From: Oceanispirochaeta sp.
Lineage (GTDB): Bacteria; Spirochaetota; Spirochaetia; DSM-2461
DNA: 64,000 bases
NCBI GenBank assembly: GCA_963666275.2
Contig: CAXXOA010000001.1
Location: forward strand, 1,376,001 to 1,440,000
Direction: 5' to 3'
A program made the position numbers and the translations under genes. Shown here in pieces: positions 50,501-60,862 of this stretch. The notes beneath the pieces were generated by a model, which was given only the letters and a program-made list of their open reading frames with translations, made no database searches and had not been told where the DNA came from. How positions within the stretch are numbered: the stretch's first letter is position 1; the number at the start of each line of letters is the position of its first letter.

Positions 50501-50728
50501 CCCAATGTGGTGGATCATATGAGAAGCGGCAGGATAAACCTGCTCATCAACACCCCTCTGGGAAGATTCTCCCAGATACAGGATGAAGATATAAGAACCG
50601 AGGCGGTCAGAAGGAAAGTTCCCTATTCAACAACAACCAGTGCGGCCCAGGCGGCAGTGGTGGGTATACGGTACCTGAGAGATGAAAAAATCTCTGTTGT
50701 GCCTCTTCCCGAGACCCTCAAAAGATAA
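47507..50728 (+). CDS. carB: carbamoyl-phosphate synthase large subunit
   Basis: [11 protein letters not shown], duplicated ATP-grasp domains, MGS-like C-terminus. Confidence 0.98.
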   Translation: MPARTDIHKIMIIGSGPIIIGQACEFDYSGTQAVKALKEEGYEVILVNPNPATVMTTPGIADRIYVEPLTVKYATEIIRKERPDAILSTMGGQTGLNLTLDLEAAGVLEKYNVEVIGARTESIHKAEDRGAFKKVIESLGLESPRSITTKTVAGALKLEKEVGLPLVIRPSFTLGGMGGSIAYSHEELKDLVEKALLESPVGEALIEESLIGWKEFELEVMRDKADNAIIVCSIENIDPMGVHTGDSITIAPVQTLSDREYQVMRTAAIDILRAIGVDCGGSNVQFAVKPDTGRMIVIEMNPRVSRSSALASKATGFPIARASAKLAVGYTLDEVTNEITGKTASCFEPALDYCAVKVPRFEMEKFPTGYGALGTQMKSVGEALALGRTAIEALNKALRASETGFDGLTELQGVDDKGLETVLTTAHPRRLLGAYTWLKRNPEGDIQMLSDMTGFNAWFLYQIKQLVDLEKRVVQSGTPDKELLLEAKQAGLSDEKIGEYTGKPAGEIKKLRESLGIEPAYHFVDTCAGEINAETPYFYSTWGEIDEGTPTGEEGVIILASGPNRIGQGLEFDTCCTLASLSYRELGKKTIMINSNPETVSTDFNISDRLYMEPLTAESVIQIMKKEDVKRVVVQLGGQTPLNMVEELEEAGAEIIGTSVDNINMAEDRKLFSEAMNKLGLNQPDNKSAVTPEEVALFSKDIGFPVLLRPSFVLGGRSMFIAYSEKELEIFLSKGIPISKERPVLVDQFLEDAFEYDLDAVSDGKNVYIGGIMQHIEAAGVHSGDSACVFPPYKSTPVILEEMVSAAASIAREFQVKGFLNIQFAVKDDVLYILEVNPRGSRTVPFLSKASGVNLIEAAVKVWNGVDLKEQKLVDDSGIGQGACQTGWAVKEAVFSFDRFAGLDPVLGPEMKSTGEAIGIGETYGEAFAKVQAAVGSYLPTKGRVFVSVNDKDKETILPIIKDLHDMGFDIAATRGTADFLYKHDIFAEVILKLHEGHPNVVDHMRSGRINLLINTPLGRFSQIQDEDIRTEAVRRKVPYSTTTSAAQAAVVGIRYLRDEKISVVPLPETLKR

Positions 50729-50748
50729 TCCTGTCAGACAGGATCAGG

Positions 50749-50777
50749 CCCTGCAGGATGACTGCAGGGTTTTTTTT
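50749..50777 (+). terminator. terminator of carAB
   Basis: CCCTGCAG-gatga-CTGCAGGG-T8. Confidence 0.85.
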
Positions 50778-51495
50778 ATTTCCGGGAGACACTCCCCAGA
50801 CCGCTTACTGTAATGCTGTTCCGTTCTACAGGCCCGCTGTATTCTATGCTGCCCAAACCGGCCAGGGAGCCCGAAAGATCTCCCCCGGCCATGCGAATGG
50901 AGATGCTTCCGGCACCGGAGAGCTGAATATCCGCATTAGTGACCTGGGATGAGGAGAAATCAATGGCACCCGCTCCGGGCATCTGAATCTTCAGGTTTTC
51001 AATGCGATTGTTTCTACCCTGTATGTCTCCCATGCCATTGCTCAGAATAGAGAGTGAATCTGTCTCAAAATCCTGAATTTCCACATGGGCCAGACCCGTA
51101 TTGCTGAGATGTGTCAGTTCCGGCAGGGTTATCCGGGTTTTTATATCCTCCCGGTTCTGCTTCTTTTCACTGGAGCTGTGGAGTCTCAGTGTCGTGTTCT
51201 CAATCTGACTCTGAAAATTGGCCGGATCACTACCCTCGGGTATGAGAATCTCCAGAGAAGCCTTGTCGGAGCGGAGGATTTCCACATCCCAGACACCGTC
51301 GAGAACAACCCTGCTGATTGTATCCGGCAGGTTTTCCTTCCGGCCCTGATAGGCTGTGAAATCGGAAAAGCCCCTTTCGTCGTCCCCGGGAAGAGAGGGG
51401 GCCAGGCGTAATGTAAGCAGTCCTCCTGTCAGCAGAAGTATGAGGAAGGCTAACAGTCCGGCAAGGATGGCAGTACTTGTTCTTATTCTTTTCAT
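50776..51495 (-). CDS. membrane-anchored GIN/DUF2807-like beta-helix protein
   Basis: N-terminal TM; repeated SGAGSI-type units. Confidence 0.75.
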   Translation of the reverse strand: MKRIRTSTAILAGLLAFLILLLTGGLLTLRLAPSLPGDDERGFSDFTAYQGRKENLPDTISRVVLDGVWDVEILRSDKASLEILIPEGSDPANFQSQIENTTLRLHSSSEKKQNREDIKTRITLPELTHLSNTGLAHVEIQDFETDSLSILSNGMGDIQGRNNRIENLKIQMPGAGAIDFSSSQVTNADIQLSGAGSISIRMAGGDLSGSLAGLGSIEYSGPVERNSITVSGLGSVSRK

Positions 51496-51860
51496 GGTTT
51501 TTTCCTCCTGTAGGCCTCATAGTAGTCGATGATGGTTTCGCTGCTGATTTCCAGCAGCTCCATGTTTCTGAAGAGCTGGGGCAGTTCTTTTTCAAGGAAT
51601 TGTGTTCTCATAATCTCAGTAATTTTCTCTGACGCATTCTCGGTGGGGAAGTAGCCTATTCCCCTTTTATTCCAGATAATGCCCTGATCCTGAAGGCTGT
51701 TATAGGCTCTTACGACTGTATTGGGGTTTACTTCGAACTCAGAGGCTGTTTCTCTGACAGAAGGGATCCTGTTCTGGAGACCGAGTTCCCCTCTGAGGAT
51801 CCTTTCGCAGATATTGTCGGCAATCTGCAGGAAAATGGGCTTGTTCTCTTTAAATTCCAT
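51492..51860 (-). CDS. GntR-family (YtrA subfamily) regulator
   Basis: PIFLQI, PSVRE, VNPNTVVRAY, RGIG; short C-terminus. Confidence 0.92.
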   Translation of the reverse strand: MEFKENKPIFLQIADNICERILRGELGLQNRIPSVRETASEFEVNPNTVVRAYNSLQDQGIIWNKRGIGYFPTENASEKITEIMRTQFLEKELPQLFRNMELLEISSETIIDYYEAYRRKKP

Positions 51861-52626
51861 CTTTTACCTGTATCTCCCTGAGTCTGAAATAGGAGGCAGT
51901 CCAGCAGCTGAGGGGGATAATTCCCTGGACAAGGATTCTTGCCATTATCACCAGACCTCCTGAAGAGAGTCCAGTGCTCTGGAGTATCCGGAAGAAGGCA
52001 GGAGGGAAGGTGTCGGTTTCAAAAAAACGGAAGAGGATCATATAACCCAGTCCACCTGTGATCAGACCAAGCAGTATATTCAGAAGGAAAAGGGCCAGGA
52101 GTGTTTTAATGAGATTATTTTTTCTGAACCAGAGCGCCCCCAGAAAAAAGGGAACCTGAAGAACTGCATATCCCTGTAGAGCGTACCACAGCTCTTTTTC
52201 TGTAAAAGGATTAAATATAACCATGGGAGACCTGTAGAGAATACCGTTTATCAGGGATGTCAGAAGAGATCCCGCCAGGACGGTTCCACCGGCTATAAGA
52301 ATTATTCCGAAAAGAGAAAAAAGAAAGCGTGTCAGAAATTTTTCCAGAGTTGAAGCCGGAAGCATCAGGAAATTATGAATGCTGCTGCTGTTGTGGCTGT
52401 CCCGGAAAAGGAGGGAAATTGATATGGGACCTCCCAGAAAGAGGATCGTTACAAAAACGCCCTGGTAGAATTCGTTCAGAACAGAGCCTGTTCTGCCTGA
52501 TATCATTCCGATCATAAGTATAAAGGCACAGATCATGCCCGGAGCCAGGATCATCTGTTTTCTGACCGTGTACAGGTCTTTTCTGGCCAGCAGGATAAAC
52601 CGGGACCAGCTGAAATAGTTATTCAC
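51850..52626 (-). CDS. ABC transporter permease (putative)
   Basis: about 6 TM segments; LPASTLEKF; lies between ATPase and YtrA-like gene. Confidence 0.8.
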   Translation of the reverse strand: MNNYFSWSRFILLARKDLYTVRKQMILAPGMICAFILMIGMISGRTGSVLNEFYQGVFVTILFLGGPISISLLFRDSHNSSSIHNFLMLPASTLEKFLTRFLFSLFGIILIAGGTVLAGSLLTSLINGILYRSPMVIFNPFTEKELWYALQGYAVLQVPFFLGALWFRKNNLIKTLLALFLLNILLGLITGGLGYMILFRFFETDTFPPAFFRILQSTGLSSGGLVIMARILVQGIIPLSCWTASYFRLREIQVKDGI

Positions 52627-53443
52627 TGATTTCCTCCTCTTTGCGGGTTATGAAATTGAAAAGGATCTCCAGATCGATGGCTGTCTCCTCTTCATCCTCT
52701 GCTCTGGGGCGGACAATGACTTCCCCTCCCGGTACAGCTTCTCTGTAAAGAGCGCTGCCGCTACTCCCTTTGGGCTGGAATTCGATCACGTATTTCCTTG
52801 AAAACTCCTCCAGAGAGGCGTTCATTCTGAGTTCTCCCCGGTCCAGAATTATCAGGGGGTCAATCAGGTTTTCCATATCTCGTACCTGGTGGGTGGAGAT
52901 GAGGATGATCTGATCTTCTCTGAGAGCGGAAGCCACAGTGCGGCGGAACTGTGTTTTTGAGGGTATATCAAGGCCGTTGGTCGGTTCATCGAGCAGCAGC
53001 AGGGAAGTGCCCGAAGCCAGGCCGAAGGCCAGAAGGAATTTCTTCTTCTGTCCGTAGGAGAGTTTCGCCAGAGAGGTTTTCTCCTCCTGGAGTTCAAATT
53101 CTTTCAGGAATTTCTGAAACTGTCCGTTTTGGAATTTCGGATAGAAAGGAGCGTGGAGTCCCAGGTATCTATCAATGTTCATTGAGGGAAGGGTGAATTC
53201 TTCGGGGATATAAAAAATATCTGAAAGAAAACAGGGATCCCTCCGGGAAGGGCTGTGGTCCAGAACCGACACTGTACCGCTCTGGGGGAAAAGCTCTCCG
53301 CTCAGGAGTTTGAGAAGGGTTGTTTTTCCCGCACCGTTGCGGCCCAGCAGGCCGTAGATGCTTCCTTTGTTCAGATTCAGTGACAGCTGATCCAGAACGG
53401 CCTTTCTGTCATATCGGAAATTCAGATTTTGTACTGTTACCAT
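52619..53443 (-). CDS. ABC transporter ATP-binding protein
   Basis: GRNGAGKT, LSYGQ, LLLDEPT, STH. Confidence 0.95.
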   Translation of the reverse strand: MVTVQNLNFRYDRKAVLDQLSLNLNKGSIYGLLGRNGAGKTTLLKLLSGELFPQSGTVSVLDHSPSRRDPCFLSDIFYIPEEFTLPSMNIDRYLGLHAPFYPKFQNGQFQKFLKEFELQEEKTSLAKLSYGQKKKFLLAFGLASGTSLLLLDEPTNGLDIPSKTQFRRTVASALREDQIILISTHQVRDMENLIDPLIILDRGELRMNASLEEFSRKYVIEFQPKGSSGSALYREAVPGGEVIVRPRAEDEEETAIDLEILFNFITRKEEEISE

Positions 53444-53459
53444 GTGTACCTCCATATTG

Positions 53460-53481
53460 GTGTACTATCTATCTAATACAC
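53460..53481. promoter_or_regulatory. YtrA-type operator overlapping the -10 of the ABC operon
   Basis: GTGTA-N12-TACAC palindrome; minus-strand promoter TTGACT-17-TAGTGT (53506-53478). Confidence 0.8.
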
Positions 53482-53507
53482 TAATAGACTATTCGGGACA
53501 AGTCAAT

Positions 53508-53535
53508 AAAAAAAGGCGGAAGTCAATCTTCCGCC
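53508..53535 (-). terminator. terminator of cimA
   Basis: GGCGGAAG-attga-CTTCCGCC-T7 on the minus strand. Confidence 0.85.
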
Positions 53536-53557
53536 CTGTTACTGTCTCCTGGGAGGT

Positions 53558-55129
53558 CTATTCCAGTATGAAATTGTTATAATAGTAGTTGATCGCATCA
53601 ATAAGGGCTTCCCAGGAGGCTTCAATGATATTTTCAGACACTCCCACAGTATCCCAGGACTGATCATTGTCCGAATAGGTTATGAAAACCCGTACCTTGG
53701 CAGCTGTCGCATCTTCCGGGTTGAGTACTCTTACCTTGTAGTCCGTCAGATGGAGATCTTTCAGAAAAGGGAAACTGGGGATCAGGGCATCCCGTATGGA
53801 AGCGTTCAGAGTGTCCACAGGGCCCTCTCCGACAGCAGCTCCCATGTGTTCGACCCCCTTGGCTTTCAAAAAGAGCCTTCCCACTGTTTTGCTTTTGCTT
53901 TCCATGGTTTTGTAGGTTTCAAGATGGTAGTTCTGCAGCAGGAACAGAGGTTCGAATTTGCCCAGGGCCTTTCTTATGATTATATCAAATGAGGCTTCCG
54001 CCGCTTCGTACTCGTATCCTGCCATCTCTTTCTCTTTCAGGCTTCTTGTCAGAGCGTTTACAACTTCGGATTTTTTATCATACTCTCCGTATTTTGCCAG
54101 CTTGGGAACAATAGTGGATTTACCCGCCAGTTCCGACAGGAGGACCTTCCGGGAGTTCCCAACCAGGGCGCTGTCTATGTGCTCCATCAGTTCCGGGGCT
54201 TTCAGTATGACATCCGCATGCTGCCCCGCTTTGTGACTGAAGGCGGCTTCTCCCACATAGGGCTGATTTTTGTCGGGTATGATATTGGCCTTTTCCGCAC
54301 AGAAGCGGGACAGCTGGGTCAGTTCTTCCAGATTCTTGCTGCAGCTGAGGTTCTTTTTCATTTTCAGGGCAAGGTTCGGGATGATGCCGCAGAGATTGGC
54401 ATTTCCGGATCTTTCACCCCAGCCGTTGATGGTTCCCTGAACGTGAATGGCTCCCGCATCGATGGAGAGGAGCGAAGCCGCAATAGCTGTGCCTGTGTCG
54501 TTATGAAAATGAACTCCCAGGGGCGCCAGACTCTTGGTACCCAGATCCTGTACAATCGCCGATGCCTCCTGGGGAAGGGTTCCCCCGTTGGTGTCGCAGA
54601 GCACAAGGCAGTCTGCTCCGGATTCCGTGGCTGTCCGAAGTACCTTCAGAGCATATTCAGGATTTTTCTTGTAACCATCGAAAAAATGCTCCAGATCGAA
54701 GATGATCTCTCTTCCTTCGCTTTTAAGGTAGCTGATGGAGTCGTGTATCATGGCCAGGTTCTCTTCCAGTGTGGTGCCCAGGACACTGGTCACATGGGCA
54801 TCCCAGCTTTTTCCCACCACGACGACAGCAGGAGTTTCCGCCTGAAGAAGAGCATTGATATGGGCATCCTGGGAGGCAGTCCCTCCGGGTTTTCTTGTTG
54901 AGCCGAAGGAGCAGATTTTGGCGTTTTTCAAATTAAAGGACCGGATCTGTTTGAAGAAAGCAGTTTCTCTTTCAGATGCCAGGGGAAATCCTCCCTCAAT
55001 GTAGTCTATTCCGAAATTATCCAGGAATTCAGCAATTTCCAGTTTATCCTTAAGGGTAAAATTGATTCCTGTTCCCTGTGTTCCGTCACGCAGAGTGGTG
55101 TCGAATACGGCAATATCGGTCTTTTTCAT
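53558..55129 (-). CDS. cimA: citramalate synthase (CimA, LeuA family)
   Basis: DTTLRDGTQG, GKSWDAHV, EHFFDGYK, HFHND, WDTVGVSENIIEASW. Confidence 0.9.
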   Translation of the reverse strand: MKKTDIAVFDTTLRDGTQGTGINFTLKDKLEIAEFLDNFGIDYIEGGFPLASERETAFFKQIRSFNLKNAKICSFGSTRKPGGTASQDAHINALLQAETPAVVVVGKSWDAHVTSVLGTTLEENLAMIHDSISYLKSEGREIIFDLEHFFDGYKKNPEYALKVLRTATESGADCLVLCDTNGGTLPQEASAIVQDLGTKSLAPLGVHFHNDTGTAIAASLLSIDAGAIHVQGTINGWGERSGNANLCGIIPNLALKMKKNLSCSKNLEELTQLSRFCAEKANIIPDKNQPYVGEAAFSHKAGQHADVILKAPELMEHIDSALVGNSRKVLLSELAGKSTIVPKLAKYGEYDKKSEVVNALTRSLKEKEMAGYEYEAAEASFDIIIRKALGKFEPLFLLQNYHLETYKTMESKSKTVGRLFLKAKGVEHMGAAVGEGPVDTLNASIRDALIPSFPFLKDLHLTDYKVRVLNPEDATAAKVRVFITYSDNDQSWDTVGVSENIIEASWEALIDAINYYYNNFILE

Positions 55130-55218
55130 AAACTTCATTCCTTTTAAAAAAAACTCAAACAGGGCTTCCCGAAAAGGAAACCGTTGCTTATATAAATAAA
55201 TCACAATAAAATGTCTTT

Positions 55219-56937
55219 ATGGGTAAAGATAATGTATTTGACAGGCTTGTAAAAGACCTTTCTGATGGCGAACGGCTAAAAATGCTGGAAAAAATTGAAG
55301 AAAAAGTGCGTATCAGTCAGGATCCGATGGAATTTCATGTTGAAAATGGGGCGGTTAAATCATTAGATCAGGAATATAATGAGTTATCTTGGTTAGATAA
55401 GGTTGTTATTTTTATCAAAACTCTGTTTTTGGGTAAAGATAAGTCTGAATTGACAAAAAACTATCTTATCAGAAGGATTCAGAGGCAGATTCAATATATG
55501 AACTCCCAGTATTTCAATATGAAAACTGAATCTGCAACAAAAGAATTTTTTGAAGTTCTCTCTGATATCAGTAAATCTGTTGAGTTTATCAAACAGCCTC
55601 TGGCTGATTGCTTTAATATAGATAAGGAATCCTTCTATATCCTTTTAGGAAAGCTGGAATTCCCCGCTGTTTACGAAGAACTGCTGGATGTTGCTGATCC
55701 GGAAAAGGTGAGCAGTAGAAATCCCTCACTGGAAACACAGCAGATCCGAAAGATTCTCTACGGAAAACTGGAAGAAACCATTGCCCGTCTCTCTCCCGAC
55801 GACAGGGTCAGGATGATGGAAACCACGGGGATCCTCTTTCATATGTATCAGCTCAGCTCTTTTCCCTTTTCCAAAATTCTGGGGCATTTTCCTGTCAATC
55901 AGAACGGGGAGGTCCTTCCCGCCAGTCTTTCTGTGCTGGAGAAATCTCTGGAGGATCTGGGTGCCGTCCTCAACTCATTCCTTACACCTCCGGGTCTGAA
56001 ACTCGTTGAGGCTGTATTTCTGACGGAATATGCCAAACTGAACCAGTCCGAGCTGGTGCTGGAGGAGTATCTGAAAACTTCCATGGTCAAGACAGAGCAC
56101 CTGATGGGGCGTATCCGGGAGTTCAACCGGAATATCCCCGTTCTCGATGTTCTGAGGATAATAAAGAAAGATCCCTTCTATCTGCCTGAAGATATAGGAG
56201 GAGGAGAGGACTGGTTTTATTATTTCAATCTCTACTGGCAGAATATGGCGGCCGGAAAGATGAAGGTTTTCAGTCGGAAAAGGACCATCGAGGCGGAAAA
56301 GAATGAATTGATCCGTCACTGGGAGATAGATGATATTTCCATTCTGAATAACTACAATACAGGACGGGCATTCTGTTATTTCTCCACAACCATGGCCCTG
56401 CTCAAAACTTTTTTCAAGGAAATCATCCAGAAGAAAATGTTCTATCCTCTGAAGATCATCCATGTAGACGGGGAGTTCTATAAAAAGAACAACCGGGCCG
56501 AGTTTAATGAATCTTTTGAAAATCTCATGAAAATCGGCGACAAAATCAAATGGTTCGAGCGTTATCTGGAGCCGGATGGTGAAGGGGGGATGAGAATACG
56601 GGAAGCCATTCATAATTCCGGTGGAAACAGGGAGACCGAACAGGAACTTCTGGAACCTGTTTTCAAGATTGTCAACAGAGAATCCCTGAATCTTCTGGAG
56701 AACTCACTGAATACTCTTTTCTCCATAGGGAAGCTTCTCAACGGAATCCTCCTGGGGAACGGCGGCACCTATGATACCCTGGCGAATTTTCCCGATCTGG
56801 GAGGGCGTAAAAATGCGGAACTGAGGGTTACCGTACAGGAAGCGGCGGATCATGTGAATAAATTCTCCCACACTCTGCAGGATATTCTGAATCTTGAAAA
56901 GGAAGGTGCCCGGGAGGAAGAAGCCCAGGCCTTTTGA
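55219..56937 (+). CDS. DUF5312-like spirochaete protein
   Basis: FDRLVKDLS..ER..ML, GGGEDWF, YDTLAN; family recalled from memory. Confidence 0.7.
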   Translation: MGKDNVFDRLVKDLSDGERLKMLEKIEEKVRISQDPMEFHVENGAVKSLDQEYNELSWLDKVVIFIKTLFLGKDKSELTKNYLIRRIQRQIQYMNSQYFNMKTESATKEFFEVLSDISKSVEFIKQPLADCFNIDKESFYILLGKLEFPAVYEELLDVADPEKVSSRNPSLETQQIRKILYGKLEETIARLSPDDRVRMMETTGILFHMYQLSSFPFSKILGHFPVNQNGEVLPASLSVLEKSLEDLGAVLNSFLTPPGLKLVEAVFLTEYAKLNQSELVLEEYLKTSMVKTEHLMGRIREFNRNIPVLDVLRIIKKDPFYLPEDIGGGEDWFYYFNLYWQNMAAGKMKVFSRKRTIEAEKNELIRHWEIDDISILNNYNTGRAFCYFSTTMALLKTFFKEIIQKKMFYPLKIIHVDGEFYKKNNRAEFNESFENLMKIGDKIKWFERYLEPDGEGGMRIREAIHNSGGNRETEQELLEPVFKIVNRESLNLLENSLNTLFSIGKLLNGILLGNGGTYDTLANFPDLGGRKNAELRVTVQEAADHVNKFSHTLQDILNLEKEGAREEEAQAF

Positions 56938-57051
56938 TTGACTATTCGTCTGAATTCTGGTTAAATCCCTTTAACAGAAAAGGTTGTCTCCGTCTTCGGA
57001 CTCTCCGGAAGTATGGCAGGATAATCGAGACCCTTTAAGAGGTAGAACAGA

Positions 57052-58806
57052 ATGGATAGTGTAAAATCCCAATGGATATCAATCATAGCCCGCGGCCTTT
57101 CTCTGGCGGCGGAAGAGAAGGGGATCTCCCTTGAAAATATAGAAGAGAAAATAGTCGTGGAAAGGCCTCCCCGGGCGGAACTGGGGGATCTGGCATTTCC
57201 CATGTTCCCATTCGCCAGGGATTTTAAAATCGCCCCGCCGGCTATTGCCTCCCTGGTTGCTCAGGCTCTGGGAGATCTTCAGGAGGGAAGCCTCAAAATT
57301 GCAGGTCCCTATCTGAATGTCTTTCTGGACAGATCTGCCGTAACGGAAGATCTTCTCAAAGAGGTTGTTGCACGGGCGGACGGCTACGGCAGATCGGATC
57401 TTCTTGCGGGGCAGAAAGTGATGGTTGAATTTTCCTGTCCCAATACCAATAAGCCTCTTCATCTGGGGCATCTGAGAAATGACGCCATCGGAGAGAGTAT
57501 CTCCCGGATCCTTAAAGCCGCCGGTGCGGAGGTGCAGAAGGTTAATCTCATCAACAACCGGGGTGTTCACATCTGTAAGTCCATGCTGGCCTATCAGAAG
57601 TTCGGGGAAGGAAAGACTCCTGAAAGCACCGGAATCAAGGGCGACCATCTTGTGGGAGACTTCTATGTGAAGTTCAACCAGTGGTCCAAAGAGGATTCCA
57701 CTGCGGAAGAACAGGCTCAGGAGATGCTCCGCCAATGGGAAAAAGGGGACCCCGCCGTCAACGAGCTGTGGGAAACCATGAACCGCTGGACCATTGAGGG
57801 CATCAAAGAAACCTATGAGAAAACGGGAATTTCCTTTGATACCTATTATTATGAAAGCAATACCTATCTGTCCGGCCGTGATCAGGTCCTGAAGGGTCTT
57901 GAAAAAGGGGTATTCTATAAGGATGAAGACGGAAGTATCCGTCTGGATCTTTCCGATATCGGTATGGATACGAAGGTCATGCTCAGAAGCGACGGGACTT
58001 CGGTATATATGACCCAGGATCTGGGAACTGCCATTGCCAGGCATGAGGATTTCCCCTTTGACAGGCTCATCTATGTTGTGGGGGCCGAGCAGGAGTACCA
58101 TTTTAAAGTGCTCTTCCATGCGCTGAAACAGCTGGGATTCTCCTGGGCGGATATGCTGTATCACCTCTCCTACGGGATGGTGAATCTCCCCGAAGGAAAG
58201 ATGAAATCCCGGGAAGGAACTGTGGTGGATGCGGATGATCTTCTTGAGGATCTTTCCCGGATGGCCAGGGAGGAGATTGTTGCCAAAGAGAGGGCCGAAG
58301 CTGTGGGGGATGTCGACACCACAGCCGGTAAGATCGCCCTGGCGGCACTGCACTATTTTCTGCTTCAGGTTTCACCTTATAAAGATATGGTTTTCAATCC
58401 TCAGGAATCCCTTTCGTTCAATGGGAACACAGGTCCCTATCTTCAGTATATGAGTGCCAGGATCAACAGTATGCTGGATAAATACAATGAGAGAGCCCAG
58501 GAGTTTGAAGGGGCCGTCCTGGACAGTTCTCTTTTAAACAGCGAGGCAGAGTGGGATCTTGTGAAGCTCATCTCCTCCTATCCTTCCCAGGTTAGGCAGG
58601 CCGCATCGGAACTGAATCCCTCCATTGTAGCGGCTCATCTCTATGATACGGCAAAGGCTTTCAGCCGGTTCTATCATGACTGTTCCATCCTGGGCAGCGG
58701 AGATAAAAATTTGACTAAATCAAGAGTGGCCCTCTCGGAAGCTGTCCTTCAGGTTCTGAAAAACGGTTTTGATCTGATAAACATTCCGTTTCTGAGTAAA
58801 ATGTAG
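57052..58806 (+). CDS. argS: arginine--tRNA ligase
   Basis: PNTNKPLHLGHLRN, KMKSREG, GNTGPYLQY. Confidence 0.97.
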   Translation: MDSVKSQWISIIARGLSLAAEEKGISLENIEEKIVVERPPRAELGDLAFPMFPFARDFKIAPPAIASLVAQALGDLQEGSLKIAGPYLNVFLDRSAVTEDLLKEVVARADGYGRSDLLAGQKVMVEFSCPNTNKPLHLGHLRNDAIGESISRILKAAGAEVQKVNLINNRGVHICKSMLAYQKFGEGKTPESTGIKGDHLVGDFYVKFNQWSKEDSTAEEQAQEMLRQWEKGDPAVNELWETMNRWTIEGIKETYEKTGISFDTYYYESNTYLSGRDQVLKGLEKGVFYKDEDGSIRLDLSDIGMDTKVMLRSDGTSVYMTQDLGTAIARHEDFPFDRLIYVVGAEQEYHFKVLFHALKQLGFSWADMLYHLSYGMVNLPEGKMKSREGTVVDADDLLEDLSRMAREEIVAKERAEAVGDVDTTAGKIALAALHYFLLQVSPYKDMVFNPQESLSFNGNTGPYLQYMSARINSMLDKYNERAQEFEGAVLDSSLLNSEAEWDLVKLISSYPSQVRQAASELNPSIVAAHLYDTAKAFSRFYHDCSILGSGDKNLTKSRVALSEAVLQVLKNGFDLINIPFLSKM

Positions 58807-58949
58807 GCATTGACGTCAGGAGGCGGAGGCGGGGAAACTTCTCCCGCCCTCGGCTCTCTGAGTTTAGATAAATCTTGGTACTTGACCATCTTACGCTATA
58901 AATGGTATACCCACATAGTGCCAAAAAAATGATTGTTGAGGTTAAGTGA

Positions 58950-59264
58950 ATGTACGCACTTGTAGAAATCAAAGGTAAGCAGTATAAAGCTGAAAAAGGC
59001 GCTGTGTTAAGAGTTGACAAGTTCAGCAACGAAGCAGGCGAAAAAGTGGAATTCGATTCCGTGCTGTACCTTTCCGGAGAAGGAGATCCTAAAGTGGGAG
59101 CTCCCTATGTGGAAGGTGCTAAAGTAACCGCCGTCGTGAAAGATACTTTCAAGGACAAAAAAGTCAAAGTCTTCAAATTCAAAAGAAGAAAAGGCTACAA
59201 GAGAACACAGGGTCACAGACAGCAGTATACGCTTCTTCAGGTAGAGGATATCCTCGGGGCCTGA
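58950..59264 (+). CDS. rplU: 50S ribosomal protein L21
   Basis: MYALVEIKGKQYK...GHRQQYT. Confidence 0.98.
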   Translation: MYALVEIKGKQYKAEKGAVLRVDKFSNEAGEKVEFDSVLYLSGEGDPKVGAPYVEGAKVTAVVKDTFKDKKVKVFKFKRRKGYKRTQGHRQQYTLLQVEDILGA

Positions 59265-59265
59265 T

Positions 59266-59604
59266 GTGATCAGGATTGTCCTTACCTTCGCGGATTCCGG
59301 TCTTCTTGAGACCCTGACATCCCAAGGTCATGCAAACAGGGCAAATGATGAATTGAATGAGGCCTGCGCAGGTGTTTCCATCCTATTGAGGACAGCTGCC
59401 AGGCTATTCAGCCATACAGACGGCATCACTACTGATGGCGGGGCTGATGAGCCGGGACACCTGAATCTGTCAGTGGAAGGTGTTTCGTTGGAGCGTCTGG
59501 ATTGGTACCGGGGAGCGGTTGATTCGCTTCTTCTGGGGCTGCGGGATCTCGCAGAAGAGTATCCGGACAGTATAAAAATTGATGTAGTACGAAGGAAGCA
59601 ATAA
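59266..59604 (+). CDS. prp: Prp/YsxB ribosomal-processing cysteine protease homologue
   Basis: GHA...ACAGVS and EEYP; located between rplU and rpmA. Confidence 0.85.
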   Translation: MIRIVLTFADSGLLETLTSQGHANRANDELNEACAGVSILLRTAARLFSHTDGITTDGGADEPGHLNLSVEGVSLERLDWYRGAVDSLLLGLRDLAEEYPDSIKIDVVRRKQ

Positions 59605-59861
59605 TGGCTCATAAGAAAGGTGGAGGAAGCTCAAAAAACGGCAGAGACTCCAATGCTCAGAGACTGGGTGTTAAAAGATTCGGCGGACAGCTTGTGAAAG
59701 CCGGAGAAATCCTTGTCAGACAGAGAGGTACTAAAATCCATCCTGGTGAAAATGTGGGAATCGGAAAAGATGATACCCTTTTCGCCAAGGAAGCTGGAAA
59801 CGTTCTCTTCCACGTAAAGAAAGGAAAAAAGCGGGTTTCTATAGTAGAAGCCGGTAATTAA
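59604..59861 (+). CDS. rpmA: 50S ribosomal protein L27
   Basis: [16 protein letters not shown]...RQRGTK. Confidence 0.98.
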   Translation: MAHKKGGGSSKNGRDSNAQRLGVKRFGGQLVKAGEILVRQRGTKIHPGENVGIGKDDTLFAKEAGNVLFHVKKGKKRVSIVEAGN

Positions 59862-59869
59862 AGGACAAT

Positions 59870-60856
59870 ATGCAGGGTTTTATTGATGAAACTCGCGTAG
59901 AAGTCTATTCCGGGGATGGCGGCGCAGGATGCGTCTCATTCCGAAGAGAGAAATACGTCCCTAAAGGCGGGCCCGACGGCGGTGACGGCGGGCGCGGCGG
60001 GGACGTTGTTTTTCAGGTGAAGAAAAACCTGAAAACCCTATCCCATCTAAATCACAAACACGTATTTAAAGGTAAAACCGGGGAACAGGGCCGGGGCCGG
60101 CGTATGCATGGCAAGAACGGAGAACCCGTGGTTATTACCATCCCTCCCGGGACAATTATCCGGGACTATCAGACAAATGATATTTTAAAGGATTTTTCCG
60201 AAAATATAGACGGTGAAGAGTGGGTCTTTCTTAAAGGTGGCGAAGGGGGGCTGGGCAACTGGCACTTCAGAACTTCCCGGAAACAGACTCCCCGATATGC
60301 CCAGCCGGGCAAACCGGGGCAGTACGCAGAGTTGAAACTGGAGTTGAATGTAATCGCCGATATCGGATTTGTCGGATTCCCCTCGGTGGGTAAATCGAGC
60401 CTGCTGAAGGCTCTGACAAATGCCAATCCCAAGGTAGCGGCCTATCCTTTCACAACAAAAATTCCCAATCTGGGAATGTTGCGGCTGGGAGAAAAAGATG
60501 TGGTTCTCGCGGATATCCCCGGTATTATTGAAGGGGCTTCCCATGGACTGGGGCTGGGCTTCAAATTTCTGAAGCACATATCCCGAACAGCCTGTCTGGC
60601 GTTCCTTATCGATCTGGGTGAGCCGGAATTTACTGATACCTACGCCAAGCTTCTGGTGGAGCTGGAAGCGTATAATCCGGAACTTCTCCACAAGAAACGG
60701 CTTCTTGTGGGAACAAAACTGGATATGGACGGGGCTGAAGAGAATCTGGCTAAGTTGAAGGAAATGCATCCAGGGCACGAAGTCATTGCCGTTTCCGTGT
60801 TCTCCCGTGAAGGGTTGGATGATTTGAAGCTGGCAATGCTGAAACTGGCAAAATAG
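59870..60856 (+). CDS. obgE: GTPase Obg (no C-terminal OCT domain)
   Basis: FRREKYVPKGGPDGGDGG, GFPSVGKS, YPFTT, DIPG. Confidence 0.97.
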   Translation: MQGFIDETRVEVYSGDGGAGCVSFRREKYVPKGGPDGGDGGRGGDVVFQVKKNLKTLSHLNHKHVFKGKTGEQGRGRRMHGKNGEPVVITIPPGTIIRDYQTNDILKDFSENIDGEEWVFLKGGEGGLGNWHFRTSRKQTPRYAQPGKPGQYAELKLELNVIADIGFVGFPSVGKSSLLKALTNANPKVAAYPFTTKIPNLGMLRLGEKDVVLADIPGIIEGASHGLGLGFKFLKHISRTACLAFLIDLGEPEFTDTYAKLLVELEAYNPELLHKKRLLVGTKLDMDGAEENLAKLKEMHPGHEVIAVSVFSREGLDDLKLAMLKLAK

Positions 60857-60862
60857 ATCTCT

